From Candidatus Bathyarchaeota archaeon (GTDB lineage: Archaea; Thermoproteota; Bathyarchaeia; Bathyarchaeales; Bathycorpusculaceae): DNA of 64,000 bases. The DNA is taken from NCBI GenBank assembly GCA_963815095.1, contig CAWFFH010000004.1:231790-295789 (forward strand), given 5' to 3'. A model generated the notes under the pieces. The model ran no database searches, had not been told where the DNA came from, and worked only from the letters and a program-made list of their open reading frames with translations. Position numbers and translations under genes: made by a program. Shown piece by piece: positions 39,498 to 49,196 of the stretch; within the stretch, counting starts at the first letter, position 1; each line of letters opens with the position of its first letter.

Positions 39498-39998
39498 TCA
39501 GTAAAGTGAAGCTACGATTGCAGTTACAGTTCCTTGAATGAAAGGAACTTTTTCTTGAATCTGAGCAATAAGCTGTTTTAGGTCTTCCTTGTCTTTCGCT
39601 TTTACTGCAACAATAACATCGTATGGTCCCAGAACCGTGTCAGCAGATAAAACCTGCGGAATCTTTCCAAGTTTTTCTTGAACTTCCTCTAAATTTCTTG
39701 GCTGCGTATTTAGGAACAAGAATGCATAAGGTTCTTCGGCGAAGGGTTTCCCTTCAGAGATGACTATTAGCGTTTGTGTTCGTTCAACCAGAACTTCTTG
39801 TGGAGTGATGTTTCTGATAGGATTAAACCATTTGTTGATGAATTCGTCGAGTTTTTTTAAGTCGCGGAATTGGATTAATATGTCGATGGGACCAAAAAGC
39901 AGGAAAACATCTTTTTTGGAAAGGTTCAGTTTTATCAGTTCGTCTAAGACTCTGTTGAAGGCACCTACTTTACAGGATAATCCCATGTAGGCTTTCAT
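39498..39998 (-). CDS. Tandem Lrp/AsnC ligand-binding (RAM) domain protein without HTH
   Basis: Two repeats with FGPIDIL / LGPYDVI. Confidence 0.8.
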   Translation of the reverse strand: MKAYMGLSCKVGAFNRVLDELIKLNLSKKDVFLLFGPIDILIQFRDLKKLDEFINKWFNPIRNITPQEVLVERTQTLIVISEGKPFAEEPYAFLFLNTQPRNLEEVQEKLGKIPQVLSADTVLGPYDVIVAVKAKDKEDLKQLIAQIQEKVPFIQGTVTAIVASLY

Positions 39999-40224
39999 AA
40001 ATATCCCTGAAAGTTAATAGCGATTTCTTCTTGATAAATATAGCTAATTGTTAACATTTAGTTATCTTTACTGTGTTGATTACAAGTAAGCGATACCACA
40101 ACTGATTAAACTTTAAGTTCCACAAAAATGAAATCAGTTGATGAAAAGATAGCTATAGCAATTCAGGCATCTTTAAGTTTATAACGTATTTTAACAACCG
40201 TGGCATTGAGTAAACTCGATTACC

Positions 40225-40428
40225 ATGCCAGCAAAAGTTGAGTTTAATCCCATAAAAATACAACGCCAAAAAAGAGCTATCGGCATAATCGCAGTTACTC
40301 TACTTTTAGTAATTACTGTTTTAGCCATTTTGCTTCATACTAATTTTATTATTTGGGTACTGGCCGATTTGGTTGTGGCTGGAGTCGCTAATTTGTTACT
40401 AAAAAGAGTGGGAAGAAGACCTCTATAG
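40225..40428 (+). CDS. Small membrane protein
   Basis: Two TM segments and a basic tail. Confidence 0.6.
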   Translation: MPAKVEFNPIKIQRQKRAIGIIAVTLLLVITVLAILLHTNFIIWVLADLVVAGVANLLLKRVGRRPL

Positions 40429-40433
40429 GCAAT

Positions 40434-41123
40434 TTACCATAGAAGTGGAATTAAACGGAACCTAACTTTTTGGATGTAATCGTTGTATCCTTGCAGATTT
40501 TTGATAAGAAACTTTTCTTCTTCCCGTAACCTCACAGCGATTGCTATGAGGATGGGTGGAAAAACAAGTACCCCCCAAAACGAGCCCAACGCAATAGGTG
40601 CAAAAAGCAAGATTAGTAATGCTCCAGAATACATTGGATGGCGAACGACGCTATATGGACCTGTTGAAACAACTTTTTGAGTTTCGTTCACTTCAACGAG
40701 TACAGAGGTGTAGGTGTTCTCTTTAAAAACCAGAAAAATTATCAAGAGCCCAACTGCAACAAAAACATTCCCTGCTACACTCAGGTACGATGGGACTGTG
40801 GACCATTGGAAATGATGATCAAGAGAAGGCACCAGCAATAACAAAACAAAAAAAACGGTTATGATTGCCTGCGTAATTTTTTGGCTGCCTTGCTGTTCTG
40901 AGGCAGGACCCACTTTTAATCGACTTGCAATAAGGTTAAGGTCTTTCTTGATGAAATAGATGCTGATCGTTGTTATGGATACAACAAAGATAACCCAAAA
41001 GGTCCATGCTTGCCAATAATTCAATGTCCAGGCCGGCACAAATAGGGCAAGCCACAGTACAACTGCAAGGGTAGCTAATCCAGTAATCGCTTGCTTTTTA
41101 ATGCTGAACTTTGGTTTGTCCAT
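40434..41123 (-). CDS. Isoprenylcysteine carboxyl methyltransferase / PEMT family
   Basis: GPYSVVRHPMY and EEEKFL...Y motifs. Confidence 0.88.
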   Translation of the reverse strand: MDKPKFSIKKQAITGLATLAVVLWLALFVPAWTLNYWQAWTFWVIFVVSITTISIYFIKKDLNLIASRLKVGPASEQQGSQKITQAIITVFFVLLLLVPSLDHHFQWSTVPSYLSVAGNVFVAVGLLIIFLVFKENTYTSVLVEVNETQKVVSTGPYSVVRHPMYSGALLILLFAPIALGSFWGVLVFPPILIAIAVRLREEEKFLIKNLQGYNDYIQKVRFRLIPLLW

Positions 41124-41363
41124 TTTTTTGCCTCGATAACTTGGGTACCTAACTTATTATGTCAATAGGCGAAGCTCATTAAAATAAATACATACGATGA
41201 ATCAGGTTTAGTGAAACAAATCAATTCACTATTATTCCAAAAACCCTGCTTTCTCATCATTTACTGTCACGTTAATAGTTGCCGTATTGATTTGGCAAAT
41301 CGTGACAAAATAGATTCCAAAAAAACTGAAATATTATCTAAAACTAAAGAAACTAACCGATAA

Positions 41364-41684
41364 TCATAGTTGATATTTTGAGCGTTTAGATTCTTTCACC
41401 CAAAACTGAGGATCATCAACTTGAATAATTTGAACTTCACAAACATTATTTGGATTAGTGATTGCCGCTCGAAACTTTGTGGGTAACGCTGGGTCAGCTA
41501 AGAAAGCCATTCGTGAAGTTTCTAATTGCTCTGCGATTCGTTCAGCTCTATTGTTTGCGTAGCCGTGGTACTTTACGCTTTTACCTTCAATAATAGCTTT
41601 GTCGAAAGCTTCTTTTTTGCATTGGATTAGTTTGGCGCCATCTCGAATAAACCAGCAGTGAGTAATTGGAGAAGCCTTATTCAT
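41364..41684 (-). CDS. Hypothetical protein
   Basis: 106-aa ATG ORF with no competing gene. Confidence 0.6.
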   Translation of the reverse strand: MNKASPITHCWFIRDGAKLIQCKKEAFDKAIIEGKSVKYHGYANNRAERIAEQLETSRMAFLADPALPTKFRAAITNPNNVCEVQIIQVDDPQFWVKESKRSKYQL

Positions 41685-42069
41685 TACAATCGTTAGAAAT
41701 ACGGATGCCGATTGTTAATTAACGTTGTCACTGAATTTGGGATTTAGCGCCTCAGAAACTAAATTTGTTTTAAAGTCATCTTGGCGAAACAGAATTAACT
41801 GTAACTCCACTACTTTCGTGCAATTATCATCATAGGCGCTTGCAATTTCAAGTTAACCTACTGCGTTTAGGCTTAAAAAAGGAGCGTTTGTGCCTCAGAA
41901 TTCGTATAACTGACATCATCGCTTGGACTACCAATCCTGGCTCCGACTGACGTGTATATCTTCATAGGCAACTTCTAATGCGTAAAGTTAAATAAAAATA
42001 ATCCATTCAATAAGAATTTAAAAAAAAATAAAAACTTAAAGGGGAAAACAAAGCACATTTTAGACTATC

Positions 42070-42162
42070 TTAACTAGTCTGTGTTTTGCTCTGTTTTGAC
42101 TTTTTTGCTTTTCGTTTTTCGTCGCGTTCTTTCTTAGTTAATGGTTTTTCTTTTTTCGGCAT
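42070..42162 (-). CDS. 30-aa highly basic micropeptide
   Basis: MPKKEKPLTKKERDEKRKAKKSKQSKTQTS; TATA-like TTATTAAAG at about 42209-42201. Confidence 0.5.
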   Translation of the reverse strand: MPKKEKPLTKKERDEKRKAKKSKQSKTQTS

Positions 42163-42219
42163 CGGGTTTTACTCCGAGAGTATCAATATAGCGATTACTG
42201 CTTTAATAACTTTTCAAAA

Positions 42220-42573
42220 TTAAGTGTATTCCCTGAACGTGTGTCCGCATTTTGTACACCGCATAAACTGAGTTGACGCTTCATCGCCGCCTCTAGTCTG
42301 CACCTGCCAAACGAAAACCTCATTGTTTTCGCATTTTTCGCATTTCATCTTTATGGTCTGCATGGTCTTTATCTTTGAATCTTCTTCCGAAATTATCGTC
42401 ATGAAGGGTTTCGGCGTATTGTTGTGTTGAATAACTTTGCCTGTTTTCGCTTCAGCTTTCTTGTCAATCGGCTGCTTGGTGTATCCACATTTTTGGCAAG
42501 ACAATACAAACGAGTTGCCAACGCCTGTCTTTTTAGGTTCAAGGCGGCAACCGCAGGTTGGACAAAACTCCAT
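42220..42573 (-). CDS. tfs: Transcription factor S (TFS/RpoM)
   Basis: MEFCPTCG...CQKCG; QTRGGDEASTQF with intact DE; C-terminal CTKCGH. Confidence 0.93.
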   Translation of the reverse strand: MEFCPTCGCRLEPKKTGVGNSFVLSCQKCGYTKQPIDKKAEAKTGKVIQHNNTPKPFMTIISEEDSKIKTMQTIKMKCEKCENNEVFVWQVQTRGGDEASTQFMRCTKCGHTFREYT

Positions 42574-42718
42574 TGAACAGAATTCCCTCACTTTACCTGC
42601 CATAGAGCATAGCAATAAGATATAAGGCTTATTTTACTGGTCACGAAAATTGTTATTGAAAAGGTCGCAAACCTTAACTAGAATATCCTATCCACATTCT
42701 TAACGCAAGGTAATAAAA

Positions 42719-43366
42719 ATGCCGAAACAAGACACATCAAAAAGCGAGTGGCAAACCATTGAGCATGCATTAACATACTTAGCCAGAGCCGATAAGCTAC
42801 CACATCGCACCGAAGGCGAAAAAGTTTTGTTAGAACAGATTCCGCCAAATGCAAAGCGCGTTTTAGATTTAGGAACTGGTGACGGAAGGTTGCTGGCTCT
42901 TGTAAAACTGAATAATCCATTTGTCGAAGGGGTGGCTTTAGATTTTTCTGACCCGATGATTGATCAAGCCAAAAAACGATTCGCAAACGAAAAGAACATT
43001 ACAATTGTTAAGCACGATTTCGGCTTACCTCTGCCGGCATTGCAGCTGGGCCGTTTTGACGCGGTAGTCTCCAGTTTAGCTATACATCATTTGACACACC
43101 CACGAAAAAAACTGCTATATGCAGAAATATTCAACCTGTTAAATCCCCACGGCGTTTTCTGTAACCTCGAACACGTTTCCTCAACAATTAACCTTCACCT
43201 TAAATTTTTAGCCGCAACCGGTTTCACACCTCAAACTGAAGACCCTTCAAACAAGCTATTAGACGTCGAAACACAGTTGCAATGGTTGAGGCAGATTGGG
43301 TTTGTGGATGTTGATTGCGCTTGGAAATGGCTTGAATTAGCGCTTTTAGCTGGTTTTAAGCCTTAA
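42719..43366 (+). CDS. Class I SAM-dependent methyltransferase
   Basis: VLDLGTGDG and FDAVVSSLAIHHL. Confidence 0.9.
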   Translation: MPKQDTSKSEWQTIEHALTYLARADKLPHRTEGEKVLLEQIPPNAKRVLDLGTGDGRLLALVKLNNPFVEGVALDFSDPMIDQAKKRFANEKNITIVKHDFGLPLPALQLGRFDAVVSSLAIHHLTHPRKKLLYAEIFNLLNPHGVFCNLEHVSSTINLHLKFLAATGFTPQTEDPSNKLLDVETQLQWLRQIGFVDVDCAWKWLELALLAGFKP

Positions 43367-43446
43367 AACTTTTTCAGGTTAAGCAAGCGACAGAAAGATA
43401 TTAATAACAACATTGTAACTGAATTAATAGGAGTTTTATAAAAAAC

Positions 43447-43947
43447 ATGACAACTAATTCTGAGCAGATAGACTGGGGACATTGGATTATTCGTCTCATA
43501 GCCTTAATTATCGACGGAATCATACTTAGCATCGCTGCAGCAATACTTGGCTTTATCTTGGCAATTGCAACGCTATTTTCAGGCGGCTTCGGTTATTTCT
43601 TTGGAGGCCTTGGCTTTGTTTTCTTCTGGTTTATATGGGGAATACTAGCAGTGCTTTACTACACAATCTTTGATTCATCTTGGGGTGGAACATTAGGTAA
43701 GCGAATTATGGGCTTACAAGTTCAAATGCTAAACGGCGGCAAAGCCCCTATAGACAAAGCATTCATACGTAACATAAGCAAAATCTTCCCACTATTACTA
43801 TTGCTTGACTGGCTAGTAGGAATTGCAACACCAGGAGACAAACGCCAAAAATATACAGACCGCATTGCAGGAACCATCGTCGTTCAAACTAAACAGGCAT
43901 TTGGGATGGCATCACCTAATCCTCCACCACCGCCACCACCAGCATAA
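43447..43947 (+). CDS. RDD family membrane protein
   Basis: RLIALIID, TLGKRIMGLQV and DRIAGTIVV; poly-Pro tail. Confidence 0.9.
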   Translation: MTTNSEQIDWGHWIIRLIALIIDGIILSIAAAILGFILAIATLFSGGFGYFFGGLGFVFFWFIWGILAVLYYTIFDSSWGGTLGKRIMGLQVQMLNGGKAPIDKAFIRNISKIFPLLLLLDWLVGIATPGDKRQKYTDRIAGTIVVQTKQAFGMASPNPPPPPPPA

Positions 43948-43979
43948 AAACTCTATTTTCTTTTTTTTCTTTTTATTAA

Positions 43980-44312
43980 TTAAATATTCTTAAATTCTTC
44001 TATCCATTTTTTGAATTCGTTTTCACTTAAACCTCTTCCAAGTTGTGCGTCAAGACGTTTGCTAACCTTTCCGTCTTCAAAGAAAATAATCGTGGGAACA
44101 GCAGGAATATCAAAATCATCCCATAATGGATTATCGTAATCGTCTAGTAACACATGAATGATGTTTTCAAAGTGCATGCCTGCAACTTTTTTTTCGAAGG
44201 TTGGCACAAACCTTACACAGTAGGGGCACCAAGTGGAATAGAATATCGCAAGAACGGTTTTGCTTTTCTTTAACTCTGTGTTGAGGTCTTGGAGGTTGTT
44301 TACTTTGATCAT
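43980..44312 (-). CDS. Thioredoxin family protein
   Basis: WCPYC and cis-Pro VPT; likely start is ATG 44312. Confidence 0.88.
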   Translation of the reverse strand: MIKVNNLQDLNTELKKSKTVLAIFYSTWCPYCVRFVPTFEKKVAGMHFENIIHVLLDDYDNPLWDDFDIPAVPTIIFFEDGKVSKRLDAQLGRGLSENEFKKWIEEFKNI

Positions 44313-44434
44313 ATATTCTCTTGAAGGGAACGGTTTTGGGGTTTGATAAACATGCCGTTTTCTTCTCTCTTTGGGCGCAATCTCATAAGACAAGCAACAA
44401 CTAAAATAATCAAAGTAACAGATGAATAAGCCAA

Positions 44435-45157
44435 ATGAAACCGAAAAACTACAAACGTGGGTATCCCGTCGCAGTGCTCGTTGGAATCGAGCAGGACCAT
44501 GCGGCATTGTGGCAGATTTTTAGCCAAGTTGCCAAACAACAACAAACCATTGCTCTAAATGGAGAGCGAAGAGATTCTAAAGTAATCTATAGCTTTCACG
44601 AAAGTATAATTAACGCATTAAGACCCGTGCTAAAAGAGGGCGTAAGAAGCATAGTTGTTGCTTCGCCATCCCGAACCAGTTATGCTCAAGACTTCCTCAG
44701 CCACATCAAAGGCCACCACGCATGGCTTTTGCAGGGCACAAACAAAGCATCCATCTCGCAGATAACGGGTTCTGCAAGTTCGCCATCACAAGTAGGTGCT
44801 TTAACAAAAACATCCAGCTTCAAAGAGTTAATCCAAGAAAACGCAGTAGAGGAAACAGAGAACTTGCTTGAGATTCTCGAGAAACGTCTTAACAAAACTG
44901 ATGATTTGGTGTTTTTTTCGCTGGTAGAATCAGAAAACCTCATTCTAAACCTGCAGGCACCAGGAAAACCTCAGCCTGAATATCTAATGTTAACTAATGA
45001 TTATCTTGCAGCGACCCGTCAAAAGAATCGAGTGAACAGGCTCATGCAGATAGCCGCGAGAAACGGGGTAAAAACACGAGTTATAGATGCTGAGTCGAAC
45101 GCTGGCAAACGCTTGACGCAATTGGGTGGAATTGTTTGCTTGGCAAAACGCGGCTAA
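44435..45157 (+). CDS. Pelota/aRF1-like protein with only M and C domains
   Basis: IVVASP, AVEETENLLE and ESNAGKRLTQLGGIVCL align with the C-terminal part of pelota (EHEAGAKLLSLGGIVAL). Confidence 0.7.
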   Translation: MKPKNYKRGYPVAVLVGIEQDHAALWQIFSQVAKQQQTIALNGERRDSKVIYSFHESIINALRPVLKEGVRSIVVASPSRTSYAQDFLSHIKGHHAWLLQGTNKASISQITGSASSPSQVGALTKTSSFKELIQENAVEETENLLEILEKRLNKTDDLVFFSLVESENLILNLQAPGKPQPEYLMLTNDYLAATRQKNRVNRLMQIAARNGVKTRVIDAESNAGKRLTQLGGIVCLAKRG

Positions 45158-45161
45158 CGGT

Positions 45162-45893
45162 TTAGAGAAAGCCTTCGTGTTTTAACTCCCCTATGGAGAT
45201 TTTGCCTGTATGCAAAGCAGTAGCTACCAAAGCACCTGTAACTCCAAGTTTTCTCAGTTCAACCAAGTCGTTCATGTCTCGGACTCCCCCACCAACATAA
45301 ACGTCAACGCCAACCTCCGTGATTACTTTTTTGACGAAATCAACGTCTACTCCTTCACCGCTGCCAACCCGAGCTAAATCCAAAACAATCACTTGGGAAA
45401 CACCCATTTGCTTGAAGTCTTGCAGTAGACATATAGGACTTTTGCATCCGTCAAACCCCAATTTAACAAGAATTTTATCGCCCTTCAAATCTAAACTCAC
45501 AACAACACGGTCACTTCCAAAACTCTTGACCGCTTCCCCAATGAAACTCTCGGTTTGCAAAGTCTCTGTTCCTATAATAAGCTTGGAAACTCCACTATCC
45601 AGTAACTTTTGGGCTCTTCCTATACTTGTTACACCTGCATCAGCCAATAATCTGAGACCAGTTTCGTTATTAATGTTTTTGAGGGTTTGAAAATTGGAAG
45701 AGCAATCGATAATGGCATCTAAATCAGCCACATACAACTCGTTAAAACCAAGTTCCTTGAACGCTTTAGCTACCACTACTGGTTCTATTGATTTAACAAG
45801 GTTGCTTTCTAGCGGCTTATACTCGTTTCTTTTGCCCCTAACCGCGTGTACAACTTTGCCTCCCAAAACGTCAATTACTGGGATAACTTTCAA
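45162..45893 (-). CDS. HisA/HisF-related TIM-barrel protein (C1-cofactor-linked type)
   Basis: IPVIDVLGGKVVHAVRG, YVADLDAI, VLDLARVGSGEG and YVGGGVR. Confidence 0.85.
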   Translation of the reverse strand: MKVIPVIDVLGGKVVHAVRGKRNEYKPLESNLVKSIEPVVVAKAFKELGFNELYVADLDAIIDCSSNFQTLKNINNETGLRLLADAGVTSIGRAQKLLDSGVSKLIIGTETLQTESFIGEAVKSFGSDRVVVSLDLKGDKILVKLGFDGCKSPICLLQDFKQMGVSQVIVLDLARVGSGEGVDVDFVKKVITEVGVDVYVGGGVRDMNDLVELRKLGVTGALVATALHTGKISIGELKHEGFL

Positions 45894-46042
45894 ACTAAAG
45901 CACCGACAGAATCAAACTCTAACACATACAAAAACCTAACCTTTCTTAACAAATACCCTTTAACCGAACTGAATAAAGAAAGGTTGCTTTTTTCACAGGA
46001 AAACTTTAAAGGCACCAACAAGCCGCATCAATATGACCTTAC

Positions 46043-46783
46043 GTGAAGCTGCTCATAAGTCCCATGAATGAGAAAGAAGCCTTAGAAGCTATTGCTGGAG
46101 GCGCAGATATTATAGATGTCAAAAACCCCATAGAGGGCGCTTTGGGAGCGAATTATCCTTGGGTTATCAAGCAAATAAAAGAAGTAACGCCCAAGAATCT
46201 TAAAGTTAGCTGTACATTAGGCGAGGTTGGGAACCTTCCAGGATCAGTTGCGCTAGCCGCACTTGGTGCAGCATCGTTGGGCGTAGATTACATAAAAGTG
46301 GGTCTTTACGGAATCAAAACCCCCGAGGAAGCCATTTTTCTTTTACAAACCGTCAAACGAGCAGCCAAAGAATGCAACCCAAAAATCAAAATTGCCATTG
46401 CCGGCTACGCTGATGCAGAAAAAATCGGCGCAATCAACCCGTTGCTCATTCCCGAAATAGCACATCAAGCCAAAGCGGATGTTGCCATGATCGATACCTC
46501 AGTTAAGGACGGCAAAAACCTCTTTGACCACCTCACAAAAGAGCAATTAAAGAAATTTGTGGATTCAGCCCATTGTCTTGGTTTGGAAGCTGCGTTGGCT
46601 GGCTCATTGAGAAAACAGGATTTACCCATCGTGTACAGTTTAGGCGCTGACATTGCTGGGTTAAGAGGCGCAGCCTGCACAAACAGCAATCGCGTCACGG
46701 GACAAATCAACCGAAAATTGGTCAGCGAATTGGTTGAGGTCGTTCGGCAAGCAGAAAGCCAGGTGTGCATCAAGAGGGCTTAG
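46043..46783 (+). CDS. mfnB: (5-formylfuran-3-yl)methyl phosphate synthase
   Basis: GGADIIDVKNPIEGALGA, DYIKVG, DTSVKDG, ALAGSL and GLRGAAC. Confidence 0.93.
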   Translation: MKLLISPMNEKEALEAIAGGADIIDVKNPIEGALGANYPWVIKQIKEVTPKNLKVSCTLGEVGNLPGSVALAALGAASLGVDYIKVGLYGIKTPEEAIFLLQTVKRAAKECNPKIKIAIAGYADAEKIGAINPLLIPEIAHQAKADVAMIDTSVKDGKNLFDHLTKEQLKKFVDSAHCLGLEAALAGSLRKQDLPIVYSLGADIAGLRGAACTNSNRVTGQINRKLVSELVEVVRQAESQVCIKRA

Positions 46784-47922
46784 CTTTGCTACCTAAAGGG
46801 TTAAGCGAAAAGACTGTTTTAGCTGAACTAAAAAAGATGCATACTCTCGACGAAGGGTATGCTAATGGTAAAATCCTATGTTCAATGTGTACCAAACCCC
46901 ACCCAATAGCTGAAAAAGCCTACCGAATGTTTTTTGGGTCAAATTTGGGTGATTCAGGACTTTTTCCTGGGAGTGCACAGATAGAAAAAGAAGTTATTAA
47001 CCAACTTGCTTCTCTTCTTCATGACAAAAGCGCAGTTGGCTTTGTTGTATCAGGCGGCACCGAAGCAAACCTGATTGCGTTGTTAGCAGCAAGAAACATG
47101 GCGAAAATCAATCAGCCTGAAATTGTTCTGCCTGAGTCGGCTCATTTCTCTTTTACTAAAATCTGCAATCTATTGAATCTCAAACCTGTGTATGCAAGCC
47201 TAGACAATTCTTTCAGGGTTGACCCGTTAATCGTTGAAAAGTGCATCAACAAGAACACCGTTGCAATTGTTGGAACAGCTGGAACTGCAGAGTTAGGCGT
47301 AATTGACCCCCTTGATAGACTCTCGGAAATTGCGTTGCGGCATAATGTTTACTTGCATGTTGATGCTGCATTTGGCGGTTTAGTAATTCCCTTTCTGAAG
47401 AATACAAAGCCAAGCTTTGACTTTAATTTAGAAGGCGTGCGATCTGTCACCGTTGACCCACACAAGATGGGTATGGCGGCAATACCGGCAGGCGGAATAC
47501 TCTTCAAAAACGCCCAAACTCTGGATTTTATAAAAACTGAAACACCTTACCTAATCGACAAGGTCCAATATACCCTCGTTGGGACAAGAACTGGAGCCGC
47601 AGCAGCTTCCGCTTGGGCAGTGCTTAAAGCATTGGGCGTGGAAGGTTTTCAAAAGGTTGTCGCAAACTGTATGAAAAACACAAATTTTCTCGCTGACTCC
47701 ATCAAAAAGCTCGGTTTTAACCTTGTCACCGAGCCATCTTTGAATCTGGTTGCTTTTCACTGCGAGAATACAAAGGGTGTGGTTGGGAAATTGAGGGAGC
47801 GTGGTTGGTTTGTTTCCTATGTTCCGCGATATGATTGCGTTAGAATCGTTGCAATGCCACATGTAAAGAGGCGGCATTTAGTTGCTTTTTTGAAGGATTT
47901 ATGTGAAATCGAAAAGCTTTAA
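46765..47922 (+). CDS. mfnA: L-tyrosine decarboxylase (PLP-dependent)
   Basis: SMCTKPH, NLGDSGLFPG, SGGTEAN, HVDAAFGG and DPHK. Confidence 0.93.
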   Translation: MHQEGLALLPKGLSEKTVLAELKKMHTLDEGYANGKILCSMCTKPHPIAEKAYRMFFGSNLGDSGLFPGSAQIEKEVINQLASLLHDKSAVGFVVSGGTEANLIALLAARNMAKINQPEIVLPESAHFSFTKICNLLNLKPVYASLDNSFRVDPLIVEKCINKNTVAIVGTAGTAELGVIDPLDRLSEIALRHNVYLHVDAAFGGLVIPFLKNTKPSFDFNLEGVRSVTVDPHKMGMAAIPAGGILFKNAQTLDFIKTETPYLIDKVQYTLVGTRTGAAAASAWAVLKALGVEGFQKVVANCMKNTNFLADSIKKLGFNLVTEPSLNLVAFHCENTKGVVGKLRERGWFVSYVPRYDCVRIVAMPHVKRRHLVAFLKDLCEIEKL

Positions 47923-47962
47923 GGCGTCTTTAACGTACCAAACGAATCTTGAAGGTTGACGA

Positions 47963-49192
47963 TTGAAGGTTATCGTTTACGAGCACGTTTCAGGCGGAGG
48001 ATACGCCGAGCAACCTATTCCACCTAACGTTTTAACCGAAGGATTTAGTATGCTTCACTGTGTCGTTGCAGATTTTAAAGCTGCAGGAAACGAAGTAACC
48101 GTTTTAATGGATGCCAGAATATCAAAACTGAACCCGCCCATAGACGCCGACTGCATAGTACCAATATTTTATCCTCAGGAACCAGCGAAATTCATAAACA
48201 ACATCGCAAAAATCAACGACGCCATCTATATCATTGCCCCCGAAGCACGACAAATCCTGCAATCATTTGTTGAACTCGCTCAAAAAACAGGAAAAATCTC
48301 ACTCAACAGTGAATCCGAAACAATAGGCAAGGTTGCAGATAAAGCGGACCTGTACAAACATTTGCAGGAAAACGGTTTTCCAACGCCAAAAACATTAATC
48401 TTTACCTTTAAGGACAGTTTAGCAGAAGTAAAACAAGCCATCAATCACGAGCTTAATTATCCCTTAGTCTTCAAGCCAGTGGACGGTGTGGGATGCGGAG
48501 GATTAAGTTTTGTTAAGGAAGAAGCTCAAATACAGAAAGCAATAGAAAAAATAAAGTCTGAATCAAGTAACACACGTTTTATGGTTCAAGAATTCATCAA
48601 TGGTGAATCGGCAAGCGTCAGCTTACTGTCCACCGGCAAAAAAGCAATGTCGCTCAGCTTAAACAAGCAAAACATAATTCTTGGGGATCCCGAATCAGCT
48701 TCAAGCTATGAAGGTGGTATTGTTCCGTTTGATTATTGGTTAAAACAGGACGTATTCAAAGTTGCTGAGAAACTTGCTGAAACCTTCTCTGGTTTGAAAG
48801 GTTACGTGGGGGTTGATTTTATTTTAACTGAACATAAAGCTTGTGTGGTTGATGTTAACCCAAGGTTGACCACGTCCTTTGTGGGTTTACGTAAAGTTGC
48901 TAATTTCAATGTTGCTGGCGCGTTAGTGAATGCTGTTTTGAAAGGCAAATTGCCAGTTAAACCAGAAAATCGCGGTGTTGTTTGCTTTTCGAAATTAGAA
49001 ACCCCAAAACCTTCTCTCAGTGTTTTCCAAAAATCAAGTAAGTTGGAAGATGTGGTTTCTCCCCCTTTTCCTTTAGAAGATGAATCAAAATCCAATGCAC
49101 TCGTAATTGGACATGGAGAAACCTTGGAGATTGCAAGATTGCATTTAGAAGAAGCTAAAAAGCACTTACTCAACACTCTATCTTGGGGCTAA
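47963..49192 (+). CDS. mfnD: ATP-grasp tyramine--L-glutamate ligase
   Basis: EGFSML, IIAPE, KPVDGVG, QEFINGE and VNPRLTTS; cluster context. Confidence 0.85.
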   Translation: MKVIVYEHVSGGGYAEQPIPPNVLTEGFSMLHCVVADFKAAGNEVTVLMDARISKLNPPIDADCIVPIFYPQEPAKFINNIAKINDAIYIIAPEARQILQSFVELAQKTGKISLNSESETIGKVADKADLYKHLQENGFPTPKTLIFTFKDSLAEVKQAINHELNYPLVFKPVDGVGCGGLSFVKEEAQIQKAIEKIKSESSNTRFMVQEFINGESASVSLLSTGKKAMSLSLNKQNIILGDPESASSYEGGIVPFDYWLKQDVFKVAEKLAETFSGLKGYVGVDFILTEHKACVVDVNPRLTTSFVGLRKVANFNVAGALVNAVLKGKLPVKPENRGVVCFSKLETPKPSLSVFQKSSKLEDVVSPPFPLEDESKSNALVIGHGETLEIARLHLEEAKKHLLNTLSWG

Positions 49193-49196
49193 CAGT

